A DNA stretch of 24,000 nt from Photobacterium ganghwense (GCF_003025595.1 NZ_PYMI01000004.1:710939-734938), one strand, 5' to 3'; shown: positions 8,093 through 22,376, counted from the stretch's first letter. The notes: a model not told the origin generated them from the letters alone. Made by a program: numbers and translations.

Positions 8093-8218
8093 CGACTCAC
8101 TTTCGGCGACTAAGCTTCAGCGACTAAACTTCAGCGACTAAACTTCAGCGGCTAAACTTCGACGGCTAAACTTCGGCGACTAAGCTTCAGCGGCTCAACC
8201 GCAACGACTAATAGATAA
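8093..8218. repeat. 14-bp tandem repeat x9 (consensus CGACTAAACTTCAG)
   Basis: Units start at 8093, 8107, 8121, 8135, 8149, 8163, 8177, 8191 and 8205. Variants include CGGCTAAACTTCGG and CGACTAAGCTTCAG. The last, degenerate unit contains the galM stop codon (8208-8210). Confidence 0.9.
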
Positions 8219-9434
8219 ATCGGTAGACGGTACGGTGCTGATAAGGTTCACCCGCAAGCAAAATACCGCTGCAACTGCCCCATTCCGGATGGTTAGGTCC
8301 GTCCGGCAGGTACTGCGTTTCCAGCGCCAACCCGTCATGTTGCTGATACTCATAATGCTGAACGGCCATTTTCTCTTTGTCAGTCTCAATATCGTCCTCA
8401 AAATCCTCCTCTGCAGCGTCATGCACCACCGCGCTGTTCTGAGGAAGCGCTCCCGGCGTGCCCGCCAAAAAGTTGCCAGCGTAAAACTGCACGGCCGGTT
8501 TTGTCGTCGCCATCTGCATAGTCACTCGCTGATCCGGTGAAATCAGCGTAGCGACAACAGCCTGACCATCGCAGCGCGCGGCATCAAACAACCAGGCATG
8601 ATCATATCCGCCAGCCGTGACCTGATCCGGCTCTGAAAGAAAATCCCGCCCGATGGTTTTCCGCTGCGTGAAATCAAAACTGGTTCCCTGAACCGCCAGA
8701 TGCGCTCCCGTTGGGATCAAATCAGGTCGTGTCGGCAGGTAATAGCTGGCGTGCAGTTGCAGTTCATGATCCAGACTTTTAGCCCCAGAGCCCGCCCCGG
8801 CCAAATTGAAATAAGCATGGTTGGTCAGGTTGACGGGGCAATCCTGATCGCCTTCAGCCTGATAAGAAATCTCTACTGCATTGTCGTCGGTCAGGCGGTA
8901 GGTAACGGCGACCTCAAGATTACCGGGATACCCCTGATCACCGTTTTCGGAATACAACCGGAACGTCACGGCTTGCGCGCTCAGCCCGGTAATATCCCAA
9001 CGCCGCTTATCGAATCCGAACTGCCCACCATGCAGTGAATTCCCCCCTTCATTGGCGCTGATCCTGAACAGCACACCGTTCAGACGAAACTGGCTGCCGC
9101 CGATACGGTTCGCATAACGGCCGACAATCGCACCAAAGTAGGCACTCTGCTGCAAGTGTGCCGCCATGTCCGGTGAGCGAAGCAGCACTTCTCGGCACTC
9201 GCCATTGACGGGCAGCGTGCAGCTCAGCCAAGTCGCCCCGATATCCATCAGTGATACGGTCATGCCGTTTGGGTTAGTGAGATGAACCACCCGGGCAGGT
9301 TGCCCGTCAGCGGCAGGCGAGCGGGTCATCGCTTGCTCCACGGCAACCAGATAGCTTGAGGTCGTGGTGAATTCAGAGGCCGAGTCGGAAGTTGAGCCTG
9401 ACGTTAATAAAGATGTTGATAATGAAACCTGCAT
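8208..9434 (-). CDS. galM: aldose 1-epimerase (galactose mutarotase)
   Basis: The body resembles recalled E. coli GalM (GRYANRI, LHGG..GFDKRRW, GDQGYPGNL, YRLTDDN, NLTNHAYFNL, GYDHA, LPD.PNHPEW). The start is ambiguous. ATG 9434 has AGGAG 7 nt upstream and lies 4 nt after the galK stop. ATG 9329 has GGAG 6 nt upstream and corresponds to the E. coli N-terminus. The ORF-track start at 9503 overlaps galK and is rejected. Confidence 0.85.
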   Translation of the reverse strand: MQVSLSTSLLTSGSTSDSASEFTTTSSYLVAVEQAMTRSPAADGQPARVVHLTNPNGMTVSLMDIGATWLSCTLPVNGECREVLLRSPDMAAHLQQSAYFGAIVGRYANRIGGSQFRLNGVLFRISANEGGNSLHGGQFGFDKRRWDITGLSAQAVTFRLYSENGDQGYPGNLEVAVTYRLTDDNAVEISYQAEGDQDCPVNLTNHAYFNLAGAGSGAKSLDHELQLHASYYLPTRPDLIPTGAHLAVQGTSFDFTQRKTIGRDFLSEPDQVTAGGYDHAWLFDAARCDGQAVVATLISPDQRVTMQMATTKPAVQFYAGNFLAGTPGALPQNSAVVHDAAEEDFEDDIETDKEKMAVQHYEYQQHDGLALETQYLPDGPNHPEWGSCSGILLAGEPYQHRTVYRFIY

Positions 9435-9438
9435 CGCG

Positions 9439-10680
9439 TTACTCCTGTGCCGCTGCCACTGAATCAGAGGCGGATACACGCGCCGTATCAGCCGCGGATT
9501 CAAGGTTCACACATTCCCCTGCGCCATTTTTAGCCTGGCAGACATACACGGAAGCCTTCAGGCCAGTTTCTTGCGGGTAGCGAGTGCTAACTGCAGCTAT
9601 CACGTCATCCACCCGCGCCGGCGGCATCAACGCAACCACACAGCCGCCAAAACCGCCACCTGTCATACGCACACCGCCCTCTTCACCAATCACGGCTTTA
9701 ACAATGTCGACCAAGGCGTCAATTTCCTTCACTGTGATCTCAAAATCATCACGCATAGACGCGTGAGACTCCGCCATCAGCTGCGCCATGCGAACTCGGT
9801 CACCATGACTCAGAGCCTGCGCCGCTTCAAGCGTACGGGCATTTTCCGTGATCACGTGTCGCGCCCGTTTGGCCACCAGTGGATCCACCTCTGCCTGCGC
9901 CGCTTTCTGAGACTCAAGCCACGCCTCAAACTGCGCAAGAGAAACATCGCGCAGGGCTTTCACTCCGAAAATCTTGGCGGCGGCCTCGCACTGTGCCCGG
10001 CGAGTGTTGTATTCACTGTCGACCAGTCCGCGTTGTTTGTTGGAGTTAATGATCACCACCGCCATGTCTTCCGGCATTGGAACCGGTGTCGTTTCCAGGC
10101 TGCGACAGTCAATCAGAAGGGCATGATTGTCCTGCCCTTCCGCCGAGATCAGCTGATCCATAATGCCGCAGTTACACCCCACAAATTCGTTTTCAGCCTG
10201 CTGGCCATTGAGCGCTATCTCAGCTTGGCTGATCTCAAGGTTATACAGCACTTTGAAGGTCTGGCCGATCACCACTTCGAGCGCCGCAGAGGAACTCAAC
10301 CCGGCTCCTTGCGGCACATTTCCGCTGACCGCGATATCGACACCGCCAAGCTGAAAACCACGTCCCAGCAGGCATTTGACTACGCCACGGATATAGTTCG
10401 CCCACATTTTTTCAGGCTGAAAAGAAATATCCTGAGTCAGGTCAAATTCATCCGTTTCGTTTCCATAGTCAACCGCTACCACCCGAACCCGATTGTCTTC
10501 GCGTTTGGCTGCGGCCACAACGGTCTGGTAATTGATCGCGCAAGGCAGCACAAAACCGTCATTATAATCAGTATGCTCACCAATCAGGTTGACCCGCCCC
10601 GGCGCCTGCACCCAATGTGTAGGGGCATAACCCAGAACCTGAGAAAACGCGTTATTTACTGTGTGAATAAGATCAGTCAT
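9439..10680 (-). CDS. galK: galactokinase
   Basis: 413 aa with GHMP kinase and galactokinase signatures ([45 protein letters not shown]). It looks collinear with recalled E. coli GalK but carries a C-terminal extension of about 22 aa. Confidence 0.95.
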   Translation of the reverse strand: MTDLIHTVNNAFSQVLGYAPTHWVQAPGRVNLIGEHTDYNDGFVLPCAINYQTVVAAAKREDNRVRVVAVDYGNETDEFDLTQDISFQPEKMWANYIRGVVKCLLGRGFQLGGVDIAVSGNVPQGAGLSSSAALEVVIGQTFKVLYNLEISQAEIALNGQQAENEFVGCNCGIMDQLISAEGQDNHALLIDCRSLETTPVPMPEDMAVVIINSNKQRGLVDSEYNTRRAQCEAAAKIFGVKALRDVSLAQFEAWLESQKAAQAEVDPLVAKRARHVITENARTLEAAQALSHGDRVRMAQLMAESHASMRDDFEITVKEIDALVDIVKAVIGEEGGVRMTGGGFGGCVVALMPPARVDDVIAAVSTRYPQETGLKASVYVCQAKNGAGECVNLESAADTARVSASDSVAAAQE

Positions 10681-10752
10681 ACAAAAGTTCTCTGCTACAT
10701 CGTCGTAAAATCTGACGGGCTGAAATCAAAAAATGTGTTGAAACAACATTGC

Positions 10753-10783
10753 TTAAAAACAAAAGTGCTTTACATCAAAAGCA
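10753..10783 (-). terminator. terminator-like or attenuator hairpin in the galT-galK spacer
   Basis: On the minus strand, TGCTTT-TGATGT-AAAGCA forms a 6-bp AU-rich stem followed by CTTTTGTTTTT. It begins 23 nt after the galT stop. The weak stem suggests partial termination at most. Confidence 0.35.
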
Positions 10784-10805
10784 TGAATAACAAGAGTGCG
10801 GTCGT

Positions 10806-11897
10806 TCAGCGGTTATCCGCATCAACGGCCTTGTAATGCACATCGGACACATCTCGCAATCGCTGGGCGGCCTGCTCAGCCGTCAGATCACGCTGAGTTT
10901 CGGCCAGCATCTCGTAGCCCACCATAAATTTTCTGATCGTTGCACTGCGTAGCAACGGCGGATAAAACAGGGCATGCAACTGCCAGTGGTCTGTGTTGTG
11001 CGTATTCGGCTTGCCTTCCGGGCCATTGGCTTCAAAAAACGGGGCATAATGCCACCCCATGGAATACGGAAAAGCACACTGAAATAAGTTGTCATAACGG
11101 CTGGTTAGTTTCTTGAGTGCCAGAGCCAGATCATCACGCTGTGCGGCATTCAGCTCACTCATGCGGCGAATGTGCGTTTTAGGCAGTAACAGGGTTTCAA
11201 ATGGCCAGGCAGCCCAATACGGTACCACCGCCAGCCAGTGCTCCGTTTCGACCACTGTCCGTGCGCCGTCCTGCATTTCGGCCTGAACGTAATCAAGCAG
11301 CAGGTTGGTGCCGTGTGCCTGATAGTACGTTTTCAGGTTATGGTCTTTACGCTCAATTTCGTTCGGCAGAAAGCTGTTTGCCCAAATTTGACCGTGCGGG
11401 TGAGGTTGAGAGCAGCCCATCGCCTCCCCTTTATTTTCAAACGCCTGTACCCAAACATACTCTTTACCCAGCTCTTCAATCTGGGTATCCCAGGTATCAA
11501 TCACGCCACGCAGGCTTTCCAGTGACAGTTCCGGCAGGGTTTTACTGTGATCGGGTGAAAAACAGATAACCCGGCTCAGGCCGCGTACCCCTTGTGTCTT
11601 AAACAGCGGATTGTCGGATGGCGGAGCATCCGGCGAGTCCGTCATCAGGGCGGCAAAGTCGTTGTTAAACACATAGGTTCCGGCATAGTCCGGATTCACA
11701 TCCCCCGATACCCGGGTATTGGTTGGGCACAGAAAACAGCCGCTATCGTAAGCCGGTAGCGCTTCTGTGGACGCTTTTTCATCCTGACCGCTCCAGGGAC
11801 GTTTGGCCCGGTGAGGGGAGACCAGCACCCATTGCCCGGTCAGCGGGTTATAGCGACGATGCGGATGATCAACAGGGTTAAACTCAGTGTGTGTCAT
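10806..11897 (-). CDS. galT: galactose-1-phosphate uridylyltransferase
   Basis: 363 aa. Contains the HIT-like active-site motif HPHGQIW and the CFLCP zinc-site region. It looks collinear with recalled E. coli GalT. Confidence 0.95.
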   Translation of the reverse strand: MTHTEFNPVDHPHRRYNPLTGQWVLVSPHRAKRPWSGQDEKASTEALPAYDSGCFLCPTNTRVSGDVNPDYAGTYVFNNDFAALMTDSPDAPPSDNPLFKTQGVRGLSRVICFSPDHSKTLPELSLESLRGVIDTWDTQIEELGKEYVWVQAFENKGEAMGCSQPHPHGQIWANSFLPNEIERKDHNLKTYYQAHGTNLLLDYVQAEMQDGARTVVETEHWLAVVPYWAAWPFETLLLPKTHIRRMSELNAAQRDDLALALKKLTSRYDNLFQCAFPYSMGWHYAPFFEANGPEGKPNTHNTDHWQLHALFYPPLLRSATIRKFMVGYEMLAETQRDLTAEQAAQRLRDVSDVHYKAVDADNR

Positions 11898-11976
11898 TTC
11901 GGGTTTCTCTCAGGCTAGGCGATTCAATAAAGAGCTGGGAAGCCAATTCATCAGGAAAAATCGGCAAAGAAATCGA

Positions 11977-12987
11977 TCAGTACCCTTGTGGGTTTTGTGA
12001 CTGCCAGTGCCAGGTATCTGCCGCCATCTGGGCTACCGTCCGTGTGGCCTTCCAGCCCAGTTCACGTTCGGCTTTGCCTGTATCTGCCCAGCACTCTGCG
12101 ATATCCCCAGGACGACGCGGACAGATTTCGTAGGGAATCGGCTGCTGCGAAGCAAGACGAAATGCCTCGACCATCTCCAGCACGCTGGATCCTTTTCCCG
12201 TGCCAAGGTTGTAGATATGCAAACCAGGTTGCTGGCCGACAACTCTGAGTGCGGCGAGATGACCATCAGCCAGATCCATCACATGGATGTAATCCCGCAC
12301 CCCGGTTCCGTCTGGGGTCGGGTAGTCGTTGCCAAAAATTGACAGGTGATCCCGACGCCCGACCGCCACCTGCGCAATAAACGGCATCAGGTTATTGGGG
12401 ATTCCCTGCGGATCTTCTCCCATCGTGCCAGAGGCGTGCGCGCCAACCGGGTTGAAATAGCGCAGCAATGTAATGCTCCAGTCATTTTCAGCGGCATACA
12501 GATCCGACAGGCACTGCTCGACCATGTATTTACTGCGACCATACGGGTTCGTGGTTGCGCCGGTCGGTGAATATTCGGTGATCGGAACACTGTCAGGATC
12601 GCCGTATACCGTCGCTGATGAGCTGAAGACCAGCGATTTCACCCCGGCTTTTCGCATGCTGCGCACCAGCACCAACGTGCCGTTTACATTGTTGTCGTAG
12701 TATTCGAGTGGCTTAACCACCGACTCTCCCACCGCTTTCAGTCCGGCAAAGTGAATCACCGCTTGAATGTCGTGCACTGCAAACACCGAATCCAGAAAAG
12801 TCTCGTCCCGGATATCCCCCAAATGAAAATCAGGTTGGATACCTGTCAGCGCTTCAATCCGTGCCAGCACCTCAGCTTTTGCATTACTCAGGTTATCGAC
12901 GATCACTGGCGTTATCGCCGCTTCCGCTAACTGCACACATGTGTGGCTGCCGATATACCCCATGCCGCCGGTCACTAATACTTTCAC
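11977..12987 (-). CDS. galE: UDP-glucose 4-epimerase
   Basis: 336 aa. Rossmann motif VLVTGGMGYIGSH and catalytic YGRSK. GTG start at 12987-12985 with GAGGTGAGG upstream. Confidence 0.95.
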   Translation of the reverse strand: MKVLVTGGMGYIGSHTCVQLAEAAITPVIVDNLSNAKAEVLARIEALTGIQPDFHLGDIRDETFLDSVFAVHDIQAVIHFAGLKAVGESVVKPLEYYDNNVNGTLVLVRSMRKAGVKSLVFSSSATVYGDPDSVPITEYSPTGATTNPYGRSKYMVEQCLSDLYAAENDWSITLLRYFNPVGAHASGTMGEDPQGIPNNLMPFIAQVAVGRRDHLSIFGNDYPTPDGTGVRDYIHVMDLADGHLAALRVVGQQPGLHIYNLGTGKGSSVLEMVEAFRLASQQPIPYEICPRRPGDIAECWADTGKAERELGWKATRTVAQMAADTWHWQSQNPQGY

Positions 12988-13057
12988 GCCTCACCTCTTC
13001 CGATTGCCGTTTATTCGCGATATGACGAAAGTCTAGCAAGCCGTTATAGGATCGATC

Positions 13058-13073
13058 CGTGATCAAACACGCA
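13058..13073 (-). promoter_or_regulatory. weak CRP-site candidate of the gal promoter
   Basis: The minus strand reads TGCGTGTTTGATCACG (7 of 10 core positions). The centre is about 42 bp upstream of the TSS predicted from the -10-like TAGACT (13035-13030). Confidence 0.3.
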
Positions 13074-13075
13074 GA

Positions 13076-13091
13076 GTGTAAACGTTTCCAC
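13076..13091 (-). promoter_or_regulatory. GalR/GalS operator (OE-like) upstream of galE
   Basis: GTGTAAACGTTTCCAC differs at one position from the E. coli OE sequence GTGTAAACGATTCCAC as I recall it. The centre is 96 nt upstream of the galE start, similar to E. coli. Confidence 0.65.
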
Positions 13092-13349
13092 AAATTCCAT
13101 AAAATGTCATCACTAAGCCATAAGAGATCATCGCTTTAGTGAAAGAAGTGCATTATCCCAGAGCAACCGTTCGCCTAAAGCTGTACGCTAACCACAAGGA
13201 CTACCAGGCCATACCCGACGACGGACGACGACCTCCGGCCACAAACAGCGGAATTTTGCGGTCAGTTTCCATCGGTTTACTAAAAAATCGTGCATCCGGG
13301 ATCGGATTGTTTACAATGGGGACGGTAGATTCATGACGACTTCCGATAA

Positions 13350-14363
<1,014 letters not shown>

Positions 14364-14382
14364 ACCAATACGGTAAGTGATT

Positions 14383-14403
14383 AAGGCGTACCCTGTACGC
14401 CTT
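14383..14403 (+). terminator. hairpin after ebgR
   Basis: AAGGCGTAC-CCT-GTACGCCTT, a perfect 9-bp stem 20 nt after the stop. The U-tract is short (TTTAAAC). Confidence 0.45.
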
Positions 14404-14555
14404 TAAACACGCCTGAACAAACTACAAAGACACCATGTAACGCATTGATAAAATTCGTATTTATACGATCTTCCGCTCCCTTTTAATGCCCCTTTTTCTG
14501 CTGACATCACGGTGCGTTACCTGACCGTTCGCCTTATCATTCAACTCTCCACTTA

Positions 14556-14603
14556 CTGTTTGCTCATCTTGTCGCTCAACTTGTCGCCCACCTCGTCACT
14601 CGG
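14556..14603. repeat. 12-bp tandem repeat x4 (CTGTTTGCTCAT / CTTGTCGCTCAA / CTTGTCGCCCAC / CTCGTCACTCGG)
   Basis: Read directly. The units are degenerate. Confidence 0.6.
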
Positions 14604-14793
14604 TTTATTGCACTAGCTGTTGTTGCGTTGAGCGCTTAGCCGCACCTGTTTTTCGGTTTTTCAAGGGTCGTAAAACAAGGCAGCGTCTGAACAGTACCGA
14701 AGGACAACTGCACCAAAAAACCAACAGACCGGTTTTTCTTTAACCGGATCACACCCTCTCGATAAATCACTCATTAAATCGTGATCAAGTTAA

Positions 14794-14809
14794 AGTAAAA
14801 CGTTTTCAC
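14794..14809 (+). promoter_or_regulatory. LacI-family operator candidate 1 upstream of ebgA
   Basis: AGTAAAACGTTTTCAC has a perfect AAAACGTTTT core with the central CG typical of LacI-family operators. It lies about 150 bp upstream of the ebgA start. Confidence 0.5.
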
Positions 14810-14818
14810 CAATTCTAT

Positions 14819-14837
14819 TTAGTAAAAGTTTTACTAA
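14819..14837 (+). promoter_or_regulatory. 19-bp perfect palindrome overlapping a -10-like TAATAT (operator candidate 2)
   Basis: TTAGTAAAAGTTTTACTAA has 9-bp arms around G14828. The half-site AGTAAAA is shared with candidate 1. TAATAT lies at 14835-14840. Confidence 0.45.
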
Positions 14838-14947
14838 TATATTTTCCAGGACGCCTGATCAAAGCTCCCGGCAGGAATGCCTGTCTTTTAACAGCCCAAT
14901 GACATCCATACCAATAACAACACCTAGCCATACCGTAGGCATAATAA

Positions 14948-18726
<3,779 letters not shown>

Positions 18727-18757
18727 CAAGTTCTGAGATACCAGCAACACCGAAAGC

Positions 18758-20406
<1,649 letters not shown>

Positions 20407-20437
20407 TGTCGCCGCCACTTCTGGCGAGTTAGTCATG

Positions 20438-20475
20438 CAGCCCCTTCCTAAGATGGAAGGGGCTGTTGCATTTTA
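20438..20475 (+). terminator. rho-independent terminator after the transporter gene
   Basis: CAGCCCCTTCC-TAAGAT-GGAAGGGGCTG, a perfect 11-bp stem followed by TTGCATTTTA. Confidence 0.75.
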
Positions 20476-20724
20476 CCAAACCCAGTTATACCCGTTCTGA
20501 TGCCGTTGCTTTTAAAAACAAGACGTTGCATATTGTCATTCTATCCGCTTCAAAAAAACGTTCGCATCGCAGTAAAAACGACATGGATAAATCACCCATT
20601 AAACAGGCCACAACCAGAATTGCCTGACGGGAGCGAGACCGGAACCAAATCATATCTATCGTTGAGCAGCACCTCGTGCGCTGCAGCCTCAATGGACCCG
20701 ACAATGACAACTTCAGGGATAAGC

Positions 20725-21798
20725 ATGACCGAGACAAACTTCATACCGCGCCACACGTTATACCCCCGCCCCTTAGCGGCTGGCAGCAAAATTGCCGTGA
20801 CGGCTTTTTCCTCCGGCGTAGAAGCAGAGTGTCATCCGAGGTTGAACAAAGTGCTGGCGAACCTCAGAGCACAAGGATTTGACGTCATTGAAGGCCAGTG
20901 TCTGCGACAAAACATTAAGCACGCCAGCGCCAGCAAAGCACAACGCGCACAGGAGCTGATGCGGTTCCTGTGTGACGATTCCATTGATGCCGTGATGCCT
21001 CCCTGGGGCGGCGAGCTGGCAATGGATATCCTGCCCCTGCTTGATTACGACCGTCTCCGCACCGTGCGTCCCAAATGGCTGGTTGGGTTTTCCGATGTCA
21101 GCACCGTATTGACCGCCATGACCACCAAGCTGGGCTGGGCTACCGTTCACACGGCCAACCTGATGGAGATGCATCCTGATGAGGGCTGTGCATTCGTAAT
21201 CAGCGTAATCCCCTCTTTGAAACAAGAAGCCGGGGCCAGCCTGCATCAGCAATCCTCCACCGCCTATCAGATTCATGGAGAATCGTTTGCTGTCAATCCG
21301 GATACAATCCTCAAGCCTTGCGAGCCGACCTATTGGAAACTGCTTGGCAAACAGCGTAGTGCCTCTTTTCGCGGGAGACTCATTGGAGGGTGCTTTGATA
21401 TCCTGCACCACCTTGTCGGCACAGAATATTTGGATCTCAACGCATTGGATCGGCGCTTTCAGGGTGACGGTATTATTCTCTATCTCGAAAATGCAGAGAT
21501 GTCACCAACCGATCTATACCGCGCCCTGCTTAGCCTGAAATACCGGGGGGTCTTCAGCAAAGTCAACGCCGTGATCTTTGGCCGCAACGCGTTTATCTCT
21601 GATTCTATGGCCGCCGACGCCAATCAGGCCATGACCTCAGAAGAAGCCCTGCTGTCAGCCCTTGACGATATCGATATTCCTGTCGTGTACGATGCAGATA
21701 TCGGTCACTTTCCACCGAACCTGACCCTGTTTAACGGGGCACTTGCCGAAGTGGCTGTCGATAACGGGCGGGCAACCGTCACCCAGTACCTGAAGTAA
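20725..21798 (+). CDS. S66-family serine peptidase (LD-carboxypeptidase / MccF-like)
   Basis: Matches the S66 layout: LAAGSKIAVTAFSSG, the nucleophile motif LVGFSDVS, RLIGGCFDIL, ILYLENAE and the catalytic His region DADIGHFPPNLTL. ATG 20725 (AGGGA 5 nt upstream) gives 357 aa. ATG 20692 and 20704 are alternatives, and the 432-aa track ORF is over-extended. Confidence 0.8.
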   Translation: MTETNFIPRHTLYPRPLAAGSKIAVTAFSSGVEAECHPRLNKVLANLRAQGFDVIEGQCLRQNIKHASASKAQRAQELMRFLCDDSIDAVMPPWGGELAMDILPLLDYDRLRTVRPKWLVGFSDVSTVLTAMTTKLGWATVHTANLMEMHPDEGCAFVISVIPSLKQEAGASLHQQSSTAYQIHGESFAVNPDTILKPCEPTYWKLLGKQRSASFRGRLIGGCFDILHHLVGTEYLDLNALDRRFQGDGIILYLENAEMSPTDLYRALLSLKYRGVFSKVNAVIFGRNAFISDSMAADANQAMTSEEALLSALDDIDIPVVYDADIGHFPPNLTLFNGALAEVAVDNGRATVTQYLK

Positions 21799-21805
21799 AT
21801 CCGCA

Positions 21806-21839
21806 ACCAGACTGGCAGACGTCCCCGACGCCAGCTGGT
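21806..21839 (+). terminator. hairpin after the peptidase gene (no U-tract)
   Basis: ACCAGACTGGC pairs with GCCAGCTGGT as a 10-bp stem with a one-base bulge and a 13-nt loop. Confidence 0.35.
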
Positions 21840-21846
21840 AGCAAGC

Positions 21847-21932
21847 ATTAGATATTAGTCGGTCTTAGATTTTCGGTGATAGATATTCGGAGATAAATAT
21901 TGGGTGATAGATATTGGGTAATAGTTTTTGGG
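21847..21932. repeat. 14-bp tandem repeat x6 (consensus TGATAGATATTSGG)
   Basis: Units: TCTTAGATTTTCGG, TGATAGATATTCGG, AGATAAATATTGGG, TGATAGATATTGGG and TAATAGTTTTTGGG, preceded by a longer first unit ATTAGATATTAGTCGG. Confidence 0.85.
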
Positions 21933-22053
21933 GATTCAGCGGGCTCTGGTTAGCCAATGTCCAGCCAGCTCAAAAGCAGGGGCATGATACAGCACGAAAC
22001 CAGTGACACCGTTTTCGGGAACAGATCAAAGTGGAACCGTTCCCAAGCAAGGG

Positions 22054-22081
22054 CAAAAAAGAAGTCAGGACAAGCCTGACT
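22054..22081 (-). terminator. orphan rho-independent terminator on the minus strand
   Basis: The minus strand reads AGTCAGG-CTTGT-CCTGACT followed by TCTTTTTTGCCC. No convincing minus-strand gene lies upstream of it. Confidence 0.5.
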
Positions 22082-22376
22082 GCAATAATGACAGGGTGAA
22101 AACACCACATGTCTGAATTGTGATTGTTCGTTATACGCTCATGAATGAGCAACACGGATTCTATTACGTCCCCGCCTGATACCCAACCGGCTTTTTGGCA
22201 TAAAAAGCGAGCGATCACGGAAATCAAACAACCCAGCGAAATTTCTGTGATCAACCGCTGATCACCCTTCGATATAGCCAGGTTCCGTGAGGTTGAACCA
22301 GTTTTGCGTTCATCTCTGCAACCAAGTTTGTTACAGTTTTTCCTATCTTTGACTCTGTTTATGCTAATCATCTGAA

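Noticed and set aside
9571-10836. 421-aa ORF on the plus strand
   Set aside because: It lies entirely antisense to galK and the galT 3' end, which have unmistakable signatures. The product is Arg/His-rich with no motifs. It is a typical shadow ORF in the complementary frame of a well-biased gene.
13139-13336. 65-aa GTG-initiated ORF in the galE/ebgR divergent region
   Set aside because: No RBS and no recognisable features. It sits where two divergent promoters are expected.
14729-14747. CCGGTT-TTTCTTT-AACCGG hairpin as a minus-strand terminator upstream of ebgA
   Set aside because: The stem is only 6 bp, the T-tract is displaced by 8 nt, and there is no minus-strand gene to terminate. It is most likely fortuitous.
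20500-20724. N-terminal extension of the S66 peptidase ORF, and antisense ORFs 20486-20737, 20592-20789 and 20773-21411
   Set aside because: The extension (MPLLLKTRRCILSFYPLQ...) has no counterpart in S66 proteins and begins only 25 nt after the upstream terminator's U-tract. An internal ATG with an RBS gives a canonical-length protein. The antisense ORFs have no support.
21970-22371. 133-aa minus-strand ORF upstream of msrA
   Set aside because: Its start codon is 5 nt from the divergent msrA ATG, leaving no room for promoters. It reads through a canonical terminator hairpin and T-tract. Its composition is Cys-rich and family-less. The region is discussed as non-coding instead.
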